DNA of 64,000 nucleotides from an uncultured Gemmatimonadaceae bacterium (GTDB lineage: Bacteria; Gemmatimonadota; Gemmatimonadetes; Gemmatimonadales; Gemmatimonadaceae): contig CAWBOC010000009.1 of assembly GCA_963790305.1 (NCBI GenBank), forward strand, positions 320,001-384,000, in the 5' to 3' direction. This document shows positions 1 through 9,553 of the stretch, in pieces. The notes under the pieces are model-generated. The model made no database searches. It saw only the letters and a program-made list of their open reading frames with translations, and had not been told where the DNA came from. Each line of letters begins with the position of its first letter. Position 1 is the stretch's first letter. A program made the position numbers and the translations under genes.

Positions 1-2177
1 TCCGACGAGATCCCACGCAGCTGACGGTGGATCGACGGCAGCGGAATGCCGGACCGCAGCGCCAGCGAGATCAGGCGTCCCATCGCCTCGGCATCCGCCA
101 TCGCCGCGCCGCCAGCCTTGCCTAACGTGATGAACACCTCGAACGGCTGCCCGCGGTCGTCCTCGGTGATGTTCACGAACATGGTGCCGAGCGGGGTCTC
201 CTTGCGGATGGTGGTCCCGCGCAGCTTGTCGGGACGTGCCCGCTTCGCGCGGCGCTGGAGGTTTTCGGCCTCCACCTCGAAGAGCTGCTTGCGCAGCCGC
301 TCGATCTCATGGTGCAGTTCCGCCGTGGTGCCCTCGAGCTCCCCAATGCGACGCTTGTCCGACGTCGCCTGCTCGCGAGTCTGCTTCGCCTGCTCGGTGG
401 CGCCTGTCGAGAGCACCTGATTGTCACGCGACCCGTCACGGTACACGGTGACGCCCTTGCACCGCAGCTCGAAGGCGAGCTCGTAGATGGTGCGAACGTC
501 CTCGACCGCCGCGGTGTGCGCGAAGTTCGTCGTCTTCGAGATCGCCGAGTCGCAGTGGCGCTGGAAGGCGGCCTGCATGCGGATGTGCCATTCCGGGGCG
601 ATCTCGTTCGCGGTCGTGAAGACGCGCTGCCACTTCACGGGGACCTCGGGGAACTTGATCGTCCCCTGCTTCGCGATGCGCTCCATCAGCTCATCGGAGT
701 ACCATCCCTCGCGCTTGGCGATCGCCACGAAATCCTCGTTGACGTCGGGCATGAGGACGCCAGCCTGGTTCCGCATGAACGCCACGGCAAAGAGCGGCTC
801 GAGACCCGAGGAGCAGCCCGCGATGATCGAGATCGTCCCCGTCGGCGCAACCGTGGTGACGTTGCAGTTGCGGATCATCTTCATCGGACGGATGCGCTGC
901 CCACGCGCATCCTTCGCCGCCGTCTCCTCCGGCCCCCAAATGGACCGGGCCCAGTCGGAGAACGGGCCGCGCTCCACCGCCAGCCGCTCGCTTTCGCGCT
1001 TCGCCTCGACGTCGACGAACTCCATCACCGTCCGGCCGAACTCGACGCCCTCTTCGCTGTCGTAGGGGATGCCGAGCCGCACGAGCGCATCGGCGAAGCC
1101 CATCACGCCCAGTCCGATGCGACGGATGCGCTTGGCGAGCGTGTCGATCTCGACCAGCGGGTACTTGTTGACGTCGATGATGTTGTCGAGGAAGTGCGTG
1201 CTGAGGTGGATGTCGCGCTTGAACGCGTCCCAGTCCATCTGCCCGTCGCGCACGTAGTAGCCGACGTTGATGGAGCCGAGGTTGCAGACATCGTAGGCGA
1301 GCAGCGGCTGCTCCCCGCAGGGATTGGTCGCCTCGTACGAGCCTAACGTCGGCACCGGGTTGTGCCGGTTGGCTTCATCGATGAAGAACACACCCGGCTC
1401 GCCGGTGCGCCACGCGCCCTCGATCATCTTGTCCCAGACCATGTTCGCGTCGAGTCGCCCCGCTTCCTTGCCGCTGTGCGGATCGATCAGCGAATACTCG
1501 GTGCGCTCCTTGACCGCCCGCATGAACGCGTCGGTGATCGCGACCGAGATGTTGAAGTTCGTGATCTGGGTGAGGTCTTCCTTGCAGGTGATGAACTCGA
1601 GGATGTCGGGATGATCGACCCGGAGAATGCCCATGTTCGCGCCGCGGCGCGTGCCCCCCTGCTTCACCGCCTCGGTGGAGGCGTCATACAGCTTCATGAA
1701 CGACACGGGGCCGCTGGCGACACCAGTCGTCGAGCGCACCATGCTTCCCTTGGGGCGCAGTCGCGAGAACGAGAATCCGGTACCCCCGCCCGACTGGTGG
1801 ATGAGCGCCATCGCCTTCAACGTGTCGTAGATGCCGTCATGCCCGTTCGAGAGAGAATCGTTGACGGGCAGCACGAAGCACGCGGAAAGCTGGCCTAACG
1901 GGCGGCCCGCGTTCATGAGCGTCGGCGAGTTGGGCTCGAACCGGCGCTCCGTCATCAGCCGATAGAACTCCTCGGCCACCGTCTCGACCGCGCCATCACT
2001 TGCGCCGTATCGTCTATCCGCCTCCGCCACGACCGTTGCCACGCGCCAGAAGAGCTCCTCCGGCGATTCGGTCGGCTTTCCGCGCTCATCCTTGACCAGG
2101 TAGCGCTTCTGAAGGACGGTGCGCGCGTTCTGGCTGAGCGCACCGGCGGGGATGGGCGGCTTGGACGACAGGGACAT
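1..2177 (-). CDS. nrdJ: Adenosylcobalamin-dependent (class II) ribonucleotide reductase, 3' end outside the window
   Basis: Hand translation from ATG 2177 (absent from the ORF track because it has no stop in the window): PNSPTLMNAG, QLSACFVL, KQGGTRRGANM, TNPCGEQPL, CNLGSIN, TTVAPTGTISII, DSAISKTTN, KGVTVYRDGSR, then a C-terminal TSCPD-like region. Confidence 0.95.
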   Translation of the reverse strand, partial: MSLSSKPPIPAGALSQNARTVLQKRYLVKDERGKPTESPEELFWRVATVVAEADRRYGASDGAVETVAEEFYRLMTERRFEPNSPTLMNAGRPLGQLSACFVLPVNDSLSNGHDGIYDTLKAMALIHQSGGGTGFSFSRLRPKGSMVRSTTGVASGPVSFMKLYDASTEAVKQGGTRRGANMGILRVDHPDILEFITCKEDLTQITNFNISVAITDAFMRAVKERTEYSLIDPHSGKEAGRLDANMVWDKMIEGAWRTGEPGVFFIDEANRHNPVPTLGSYEATNPCGEQPLLAYDVCNLGSINVGYYVRDGQMDWDAFKRDIHLSTHFLDNIIDVNKYPLVEIDTLAKRIRRIGLGVMGFADALVRLGIPYDSEEGVEFGRTVMEFVDVEAKRESERLAVERGPFSDWARSIWGPEETAAKDARGQRIRPMKMIRNCNVTTVAPTGTISIIAGCSSGLEPLFAVAFMRNQAGVLMPDVNEDFVAIAKREGWYSDELMERIAKQGTIKFPEVPVKWQRVFTTANEIAPEWHIRMQAAFQRHCDSAISKTTNFAHTAAVEDVRTIYELAFELRCKGVTVYRDGSRDNQVLSTGATEQAKQTREQATSDKRRIGELEGTTAELHHEIERLRKQLFEVEAENLQRRAKRARPDKLRGTTIRKETPLGTMFVNITEDDRGQPFEVFITLGKAGGAAMADAEAMGRLISLALRSGIPLPSIHRQLRGISS

Positions 2178-2674
2178 TGACTGCGCTCCCAGGTGAGTGT
2201 CCTACAAGCTACGCGGACGTGGGGATCTTGGAAGACCAGCGATCCCGCGCGGGAACTGCGTGGGCGCGGAGGATACCCGGGTTCGTGTTTCCGCGCAAGC
2301 GTTTTGTAAACGACGTACACGTAATGAGTTGAACTATCAACATCACGAATCGGTTCCTGGTAGTGCCTTTTCCACGCGCAAGACCGACGACGTAACCGGC
2401 GTCATATGTGACCTGCGTCCACATTGCCGTGGTCCCGCCAGGCGCGAGCCGCCGGTCTGCGATCCTGATCTCGCCCAAGAGCTTGCACTTCCCCGATCGC
2501 GCCGCGAGCTCGCCGGCGCCACCGTTTGTCTCGAGGCCGAAGCGCCTCGCGACGTCGTCGCCAGCGCGTGCGCCTTGCCTCGAAACACGTGCATGCGACG
2601 GACCATTGGGGCCCATAAGCGGCGGCGACGTCGAGCATGGTGCAACCGAGCAACTTGCGCTGGATCCGGAAATA

Positions 2675-2700
2675 CGTTAGTACTTACGTAACTGCTAACG
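2675..2700. promoter_or_regulatory. Imperfect 26-bp palindrome, candidate MarR operator
   Basis: CGTTAGTACTTACGTAACTGCTAACG matches its reverse complement at 22 of 26 positions, is AT-rich, and ends 9 bp before the GTG start of the MarR-fusion gene. Confidence 0.6.
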
Positions 2701-2709
2701 GAGTTTCCT

Positions 2710-4191
2710 GTGGATTACGTTCGTGAGCTCGGCGTCCTCGTCCTCGATCACCGGTTCCGCCGCATGACGGAGACCCTCCTCCGCACGGCAGACGAGCTCT
2801 ATGAGGCTCGCGGGCTCCCATTCCGCGCGCGCTGGACCTCGACCTACCAGCTCCTCTTCTCCCATGGGCCCCTCGGAATCACCGATCTCGCCGAGCGGCT
2901 GCGACTCACGCACCCGGCGATCATCGGCATCACCAATGCCATGCGCGAGGAAGGGCTCGTGAGCGACGCGCGCGACCGGCATGACGCACGGCGGCGCATG
3001 ATCGCCTTGACCGCACGCGCGCGGGAGCTGGACCCCGAGCTGCGAGCACTCTGGAAAGCGCTTGCCGACGTACAGCACGAACGCTTCGCGGCCGCCGGCG
3101 TCGAGATCGTCGCGGTACTCGACGCGGTCGAGGACGACATGACGAAGCGACCGCTGACCACGGAGGTCCTCGACCGTCTGGGTCCCGTTGCGACGCCAGC
3201 CTCGCGCGCGCGAGGGCGCCGCGGAGCCGTTGCCACGGTCCTCGCGTTATGCATCGCCGGAGCGAGCGCGTATGCCCAGGCACCCTCGCCTTCTCCGCGT
3301 GTTGTCGTGCAGGCGATCGCCGACTCCCTCGTTGGTGGCTACATCTACGAAGCCACCGGGCGCGTATTCGCCGACAGCCTGCGCGCGCGCTTAGCCAGAG
3401 GGCACTTCGACACGTTGCGTGGTACCTCGTTGGCGAACGAGGTGACGAGCGTCCTGCAACGCGTCAGCCCCGATCGCCACCTCGGTATCCGCTTCGACGC
3501 GGCACCTGTCGCTCCGACCGGCGGCCCGGTGCGGGTGCGGCGCCGTCCAACCAATGCCCCCGGCGGCGTGGCCTCCAACGATCCGGCACGCTTCGGCTTC
3601 GCCCGCGTCGAGCGGCTTCCCGGGAACGTTGGGTATCTCGACGTACGGGGCTTCTCCAACGACCCCGAGGCGCTGCGGTTCGCGGATTCCGCAATGGCCA
3701 GCTTCGCCGGCGTGAGCGCCCTGATCATCGACGTCGGGCAGAATCGCGGGGGTGGGCCGGAGATGGTGCGATTGCTCTCCACCTACCTCTTCGATGGGCC
3801 TACACACCTCGTGTCGTCGTTCAGGCGCGGAATGTCCGAGCCATCGGAGCGGTGGACGCTCGAAGAGGTGCGCGGTCCGCGGCTCGCGTCGGTGCCGGTC
3901 TTCGTCCTCACCAGCAATCTCACGATTTCCGCCGCGGAATCGTTCACCTTCGGCCTCGAGGCGCACGACCGCATAACGATCGTCGGTGAGCCGACGGCCG
4001 GTGGTGGGCACTTCGGCGACGTGATCCCCCTTCCCGGCGGCTTCTCAATGTTTCTCCCGCGCGGGCGCACGTACGATCCGCGCACCAACAAGGGCTGGGA
4101 AGCGACGGGCATCCAGCCCGATGTCCGGGTGCCCTACGAGCGTGCGCTCGAGACGGCGCTCGGGATGGCCGGAAAGAAGCAAAGGCGCTAA
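2710..4191 (+). CDS. MarR-family winged HTH fused to an S41-family (tail-specific/IRBP-like) peptidase through a signal-peptide-like segment
   Basis: N-terminus LGITDLAERLRLTHPAI...DARRRMIALT (MarR); hydrophobic AVATVLALCIAGASAYAQ; S41 motifs GNVGYLDVRGF, LIIDVGQNRGGG, TISAAESF, IVGEPTAGG, GIQPDV. Confidence 0.8.
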   Translation: MDYVRELGVLVLDHRFRRMTETLLRTADELYEARGLPFRARWTSTYQLLFSHGPLGITDLAERLRLTHPAIIGITNAMREEGLVSDARDRHDARRRMIALTARARELDPELRALWKALADVQHERFAAAGVEIVAVLDAVEDDMTKRPLTTEVLDRLGPVATPASRARGRRGAVATVLALCIAGASAYAQAPSPSPRVVVQAIADSLVGGYIYEATGRVFADSLRARLARGHFDTLRGTSLANEVTSVLQRVSPDRHLGIRFDAAPVAPTGGPVRVRRRPTNAPGGVASNDPARFGFARVERLPGNVGYLDVRGFSNDPEALRFADSAMASFAGVSALIIDVGQNRGGGPEMVRLLSTYLFDGPTHLVSSFRRGMSEPSERWTLEEVRGPRLASVPVFVLTSNLTISAAESFTFGLEAHDRITIVGEPTAGGGHFGDVIPLPGGFSMFLPRGRTYDPRTNKGWEATGIQPDVRVPYERALETALGMAGKKQRR

Positions 4192-4278
4192 AGGCGCTAA
4201 AGGCGCTAAGGGCGCGGAACCGCTCGCCTCTAGCGCGTCTAGCGCCTCTAGCGCCTCTAGCGCCTCTAGCGCCTCTAG
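4181..4278. repeat. Inverted pair of tandem 9-mer arrays between convergent genes (probable terminator-like hairpin)
   Basis: (AAAGGCGCT)x3-4, a short spacer, then (GCGCCTCTA)x5-6; both flanking stop codons lie inside repeat units. Confidence 0.85.
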
Positions 4279-5924
4279 GGTTCCGGCTCCGCGCGCTCCG
4301 CGACCGTCGACGGCGCCTGCGCACGGGTCCGTGCCAGATACGCCGCGCTCAGATTCGCGTACGCCCTCGGCACATCGGGATACTCCATCAGCGCCAGCTC
4401 GAGGATCGCGATCGCGCGGTCATACTCGCGGCGCTCGAGAAAGTGCATCGCCGCCGAGTCGAGGGAGAGGCGCGCATCGGCATAAGCGTGGGTGGAGTCT
4501 TCGCGGAAGGCGGCGAGTCGCTCGCGCGCGGCCGACGTGTCGCCCGCGCTGATCGCCTGACGAATCTCATCCGAGAGACGCGGGCGGGCAACGAATCCGA
4601 GCGCGGTCGTCAGGATGGGATCCTCGTTGCGCACGTAGTCGCTGAAGGAGAGGGCCGCCGCGACATCGGGCGCTGTCCACTGGCGCTGGTCGCTGGGAAG
4701 CCACGCCTGCCAGTAGATCGTGGCGGCGCGCACGGTGATTCCGCTGTTCGGCAGCGAGATGCGCCGTGAATCGCCGTAGTGGTTCCCCTTCGAGGCGGAC
4801 GGCTCGCCGACGAAGGTGACGTCGGCGTACTTCTGCAGGTCGTCGACGAGGAACTGGGCCGCCGACCACGTGCTCCGTCCCGTCAGCACGAGCAGCTTGC
4901 CACGCTCGTTGACGTTAGGCCGTTTGAGAATACCACTCACCAGCGGGCGCAGGAGCACACCGTTGCCGCCGCGATTGAGGCGCAGGTCGAGCACGAGGCG
5001 GTCGGCGTGCACACTGTCGATCGCCGATAGCAGCCGCTGCGTGAACTCGGCGAAACTCTCCGACGGTCCATTCCGCACCTGGTTGATCTGCGCGTACACC
5101 GTCTTCGATTCGGGGAGCACCGTAAACCACCAGAGCACCTTTTCCGGATCGCGGCTGATCCAGAGGGGCTCGGGCGCCGATGCACGGTCACGCGCATCGA
5201 CCCAACCCGGCTTGCGACGCCAGCTCACGTCCGCGTCGGCCGGCATCAGATCGACGGGGCCGACGGGACGCAACCAGACCGAGCGCGTGCTGCCGCCAAC
5301 CTCGAGCTCGAACAGAACGCTATCGGGGCTCGGTGCCAGCCCGGCGGCGTGCAGGACCTCGGGGATGGCGAGCAGATGTGGCGCAAAGAATCTCACGCCC
5401 ATCTCGTTGTCGCGTCCGATGTATGGACGAACGCGACCATAGGCCTCGTCGACGGTCGCATCGCCAATGCGAAGCACGCGCGCTCCGGCGAGGTCGGCGT
5501 GGATGCGGTGCGCCGCACGCACGTAGAGTCCGTCGCGAAACAGGTACAGCGCGACAGGGAGCGCGCGAAAGCCGATCGCGCCGTCTCGGGTCGGGTAGAT
5601 GTTGGTGTGACCGTCGCCGCCGAGGGCGACAATGCGCGCCATCTCGAGGATGATCTCGTGGCGCGCGAGCGTCGGGATGCGCGCGTGCAGCGCTTTCGCG
5701 GCGCTGTCGAACGTCTCCGCGCTCGTGGTGTGATAGAGATTTCGGTGTTGTCGTGGCAGCTCGTCCATCATCATCCGGAGATCTTCTCGCCATTGCTCTG
5801 GAGTGAGCGTGTAGCGGGGAGCGACTGTCTGCGAGAAGACCGGGGGCGCCAGGAGGAGCGCGCTGATGATGGCGACGATGCAGTACCCTGCCCGTAGGGC
5901 ACTGCCGCCAGCACGACGAGTCAT
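4275..5924 (-). CDS. Secreted S41-like peptidase with C-terminal TPR
   Basis: Signal peptide; DGHT; LVLDLRLNRGGNG; TGRSTWSAA; FVGEPSASKGNHYGD; TPR-like YDRAIAILELALMEYPDVPRAYANL. Confidence 0.75.
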   Translation of the reverse strand: MTRRAGGSALRAGYCIVAIISALLLAPPVFSQTVAPRYTLTPEQWREDLRMMMDELPRQHRNLYHTTSAETFDSAAKALHARIPTLARHEIILEMARIVALGGDGHTNIYPTRDGAIGFRALPVALYLFRDGLYVRAAHRIHADLAGARVLRIGDATVDEAYGRVRPYIGRDNEMGVRFFAPHLLAIPEVLHAAGLAPSPDSVLFELEVGGSTRSVWLRPVGPVDLMPADADVSWRRKPGWVDARDRASAPEPLWISRDPEKVLWWFTVLPESKTVYAQINQVRNGPSESFAEFTQRLLSAIDSVHADRLVLDLRLNRGGNGVLLRPLVSGILKRPNVNERGKLLVLTGRSTWSAAQFLVDDLQKYADVTFVGEPSASKGNHYGDSRRISLPNSGITVRAATIYWQAWLPSDQRQWTAPDVAAALSFSDYVRNEDPILTTALGFVARPRLSDEIRQAISAGDTSAARERLAAFREDSTHAYADARLSLDSAAMHFLERREYDRAIAILELALMEYPDVPRAYANLSAAYLARTRAQAPSTVAERAEPEP

Positions 5925-5942
5925 GCAAGCCTCACATCAGAA

Positions 5943-5962
5943 GAAGTGATGCTGATCACTTC
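5943..5962. promoter_or_regulatory. Short inverted repeat upstream of the S41-like gene (operator or hairpin)
   Basis: GAAGTGAT-gctg-ATCACTTC, 18 bp upstream of ATG 5924. Confidence 0.3.
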
Positions 5963-6019
5963 AACTGCGACACCTCAATCCGATGAGAGGTTTACGCACG
6001 TCGAACGTTGACGTTTTCA

Positions 6020-6511
6020 TTACTTCGCGCTCTTCCGGTATTCCTCCTGAAGGTCGAGGTAGCTCTCCACCGTCTTCCGAATGCGCCCGCGCTCGGCCTC
6101 GGTCGTCTGGCGAACGACGCGCGCCGGCACGCCCAGCACGAGCGAGTTGGGCGGGATCCGCATCCCCTCCGGGCACACCGCGCCCGCACCGATGATCGAC
6201 CCAGTCCCGACCTCGACGCCGTTAAGCAGCACTGCGCCCATCGCAATGAGCACGTCATCCTCGATCGTCGCGCCGTGCACGATCGCCCGGTGCCCGATCC
6301 CGACCCGCGCCCCGATGATCGTGGGCACGCCGTGATCCACGTGGATGATCGTTCCGTCCTGCACGTTGGTGTCGGCGCCGATGACGATCCGATCCGTGTC
6401 GCCGCGAATGACCGCCGTCGGCCACACCGACACGTGTGCGCCGAGCGTGACGTCACCCGTGACGACGGCCGCCGGGTGGATGTAGGCGGTGGGGTGGATG
6501 GTCGGTGGCAT
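6020..6511 (-). CDS. Gamma carbonic anhydrase family (YrdA-like) hexapeptide-repeat protein
   Basis: MPPTIHPTAYIHP; IRGD; TNVQDGTIIH; GHRAIVHG (metal-binding His residues); GVPARVVR. Confidence 0.92.
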   Translation of the reverse strand: MPPTIHPTAYIHPAAVVTGDVTLGAHVSVWPTAVIRGDTDRIVIGADTNVQDGTIIHVDHGVPTIIGARVGIGHRAIVHGATIEDDVLIAMGAVLLNGVEVGTGSIIGAGAVCPEGMRIPPNSLVLGVPARVVRQTTEAERGRIRKTVESYLDLQEEYRKSAK

Positions 6512-6550
6512 CTCAATCCGCAGGTTGGAGGCTTGGTGCGCGGTGAGCCT

Positions 6551-6656
6551 AACTGCATCACCACGGAGGCACAGAGGGCACAGAGGACGGCCACCTGCAA
6601 CGGCCGTTGCAGGTGGCCGTCCTCTGTGCCCTCTGTGCCTCCGTGGTGATGCAGTT
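6551..6656. repeat. 106-bp perfect palindrome containing 9-mer-like units
   Basis: The 53-bp left arm AACTGCATCACCACGGAGGCACAGAGGGCACAGAGGACGGCCACCTGCAACGG is followed directly by its exact reverse complement. Confidence 0.95.
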
Positions 6657-6675
6657 GGCTCCTGTCGACACGAAC

Positions 6676-9553
6676 CTAGAATGAAGTCCCAAGCAGCACA
6701 TACACGCTCCCGTCTCCCCGCCTCGAGCCAGCCACGGGCCGAGCGGCTCCGACCCGCAAGCGGTACGCGTCGTCGTAGAGCCACGCAATGTCGAGTGCGA
6801 GCTCGGCGCCCGCGGAGGCAATCCACTCCACGGGTCGCGGATCCCAGCCCGCGCCGGCATCGGCGAAGATCGAGCCCGACAGACGGTCGAAGAAGAGCGG
6901 ACCGGCACCACGAGTGGCGAGGGTCAGCGGGAATCGCCACTCCGCCGACGTAGCGAGCGCGCGCGTCCCCTCGCGTGAGTCAGTCGGCCAGCCACGCACG
7001 CCGAAGGTGCGGCGGGTGCCGGTGCGCACGCCGGGGAGCACCTCCACTGACGAGCCGCTCTCGCCGCCTACGGAGAAGATCTCGGGCGCGATGCCATCGG
7101 ACCACCCAGCCGCCACGCGCGCCGCCAATACGTGGTGCGCGTAGCCCGGCAGGTCGAGCGACTTGTACATCGACAGCACGCCAAGAGCCTCCTTCGACCA
7201 TGGCCGCGACTCACCGGCGATCCATCGCTGACGTCCGAACGCGCCGAGCTGGACGCCATCCTCGAGAGAGATCGCGAGCGGCGGTCGTCGCGCGTTCGCC
7301 CATCCCGCCGAGACGTACGCGCCGCGAAATGACGGTGTACGCCCACGAGAGAAGGTGAGACGGTCGATCACCGGAACCGGATCGGACGTGTAGCGAAGCC
7401 ATTCGTACTCGCCACCAACGGTGATCGACGAATAGGTCCGCACGCGCGGGCGCTCCAGCGACAGCCCCAGCGAGACCTCGCGCGATCGCTCGAGCAGCGC
7501 GCCAATGGGGTTGTCATCGGTGTCGACGATGGTGAACGCGTCCCATGATTGCGCGGCAACGATATCGACGACCGGAAGTCCGAGCCCGCGCCACACCCAC
7601 TCCACGTCGCCAGCGAGCTCATCGTCCTCAGGCGACCACACGACTTCCGCCCCCCAAGAGTGTCGGCCGACGATGTCGGATGCGCTCGTGAATCCGCCGA
7701 GCGAGGTCGCACCACGAGAGCTCTCGCCAATGGTGGGAAGCCAGTAGCGAGGCAAAAGCATCTGCAGCGATGAGTATCGTCGCGTGTGGTGCTTGCGAAG
7801 GCTCAGGGTGCCGCGCGGCGCTGGCCGAGAACCGTTCCAGAGGGGTGGGCCGATCCACACCGATGGTATCGAGGGGAGCCACGCCGACGTGGAATCCATC
7901 GTTGCGGTAATGGACGGCCGCGAGTCGATCGCCCTCGGGCGACGGCTCGGGCTCGAACATGCCGGTGGCCGCCGAGCTGAGCCGCCTGACGAGCGCGCCA
8001 TTGATGGCATCGTCACTGCCGAGCGAGTCCACCGGCACCGCGTAGAGCTGGGTCGCTCCGGTGCGATCCGATGAAAAGAAGAGCCAGCGGCCATCACGAC
8101 TCCACGACGGTGACGCGTCGACCGCGCGGTCGGCGGTGACGCGCGCGATCACCACCCCTGTCGTGTCGAGCAGCACGACGTCGCCGAAACCGCCGTGTGT
8201 CCAGCGCACGGCGGCAATGCGATCTCCGCGCGGTGACCACCTCGGCTCGGCCCACTGTGTATCGGGATGAACGCGCGTGAGCGGAGTGACGACGCCATCC
8301 ATCGTAACGCGGACGAGTCGGTTGGTGGCCGGCGCTCCCTGGACCGCCACGATCGCGCCGTCATCGCGCGCATCGGGCTCGCCGAGGCGGGCGTCGCTCG
8401 TAAGGCGGCGGGCGTTGCCAGGATGGCCGATCCACAGGTCGCTGCGAATGTGCCAGGGACTGGTGAACTCGAGCTGCGCGAACAGCAGCCGCCCGTCACG
8501 CAGCGGGACGTTGACGTCGGTCCCGTTCCGCCGCGCCAGTCGATCCACGCGCCCGCCCATGTCGACCTCATAGACGCCAGGCACTTCCTCGCCGGGTATC
8601 GCGGCAAAGATGAGGGAGCTGTCGGTCGACCACCGTGGCGTCATGGCGACGCGTCCCTCCCGCGTGAGATCGCGCCACCCGGGGATCGGCGTCTCCGGTG
8701 CCCCCACGACGCCCCTCGCAAGCGTGTCGCGCCACTCGCGGAACGCATCGCCGAACGAGACACCGAATGCGCCTCGTGAGGCACGTCCGAGAAAGAACGG
8801 GATCGGGAACCTCGACATCCGCTCGATGAACTCCGGCACCTTCTCGGCGCCGCGCGTGCGGGCGAGGTAGTCGAAGAAGAGCGAGCCGAATGCGTACGGA
8901 ATCTCACCCCACGGGTAGCGCGCCGTTGCCGCGCTCCATTCGGCCGGTGGCGGAACGTCGTTCGCCAGCGCGCTCGCGCGCGCGATCATCTCCTGGTGCG
9001 TGCCACGGACCCGGCCGGCGCTGGTGAGGCGCGACTCGTAATACGTCGCGAGCCCCTCGATGACCCACGCCGGGGTGTACAAATTCGGCATGAGCACCGG
9101 CGCGCGGCCAAACAGCTTGCGTGCCGCGCCCCACCACCCCGCTGAGCGATCGAGATGAAAAATGTGAAAGAGCTCGTGCGTTATGACGAGCTCGGTCCAG
9201 TCATCGTAGAACCGAAGCGACCGCGACGCCGTCGGCGGGTTCGCGTAGATGACGATGCGGTTGGTCGGAAAGGGCGTGGCGTAGCCGTTCGTGAAGTCGA
9301 CGTTGTCGGCAATGACGAGATCGATCACTCCGCGCGGAGGGCGCAGCTCTCCCGCCAGCTGCGTCCAGGCGACCTCTGCCTGCGAGGCGGCGCGCCTCGC
9401 GGCGGCTTCGAGGGGCGGCGTGAAGTGCACGCGAAAATGGGGCGTTGCGAGGGTGCGCCACGAATCGTGCGGAACCAGCTGCGCCGAAGCTGGAAGCACT
9501 CCGACGAAAACGGTGACGAGCGCCGCCAACACACCTCGTGCGAACGGCCTCAT
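6676..9553 (-). CDS. Exported protein: zincin-like (HEXXH) domain, TolB/PD40 beta-propeller and outer-membrane (Omp85-like) barrel; frameshift near 7785
   Basis: Signal peptide MRPFARGVLAALVTVFVGVLPASAQ; ITHELFH and WVIEGLATY; PRWS/SPSWS propeller repeats; continues in the 6676-8097 frame with amphipathic strands ending VYVLLGTSF. Confidence 0.7.

Noticed and set aside
309..1898. Long plus-strand ORFs (309-1346, 1362-1898) and similar antisense ORFs elsewhere (e.g. 22300-23949, 34621-36045, 53497-54810, 59336-61072)
   Set aside because: They are shadows of well-supported genes on the opposite strand, as expected at high GC, and show no recognisable motifs.
1..2177. Intein or intron in the ribonucleotide reductase
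   Set aside because: The hand translation is continuous through the usual motifs, with no splicing or homing-endonuclease insert.
2178..2420. NrdR boxes, cobalamin riboswitch or CRP-like site upstream of nrdJ
   Set aside because: Only weak partial matches (e.g. TGTGA-N6-TCCAC near 2407); not enough to call.
4181..4278. Short repeat arrays as CRISPR
   Set aside because: Units are 7-11 bp in tandem with no unique spacers, and no cas genes are present.
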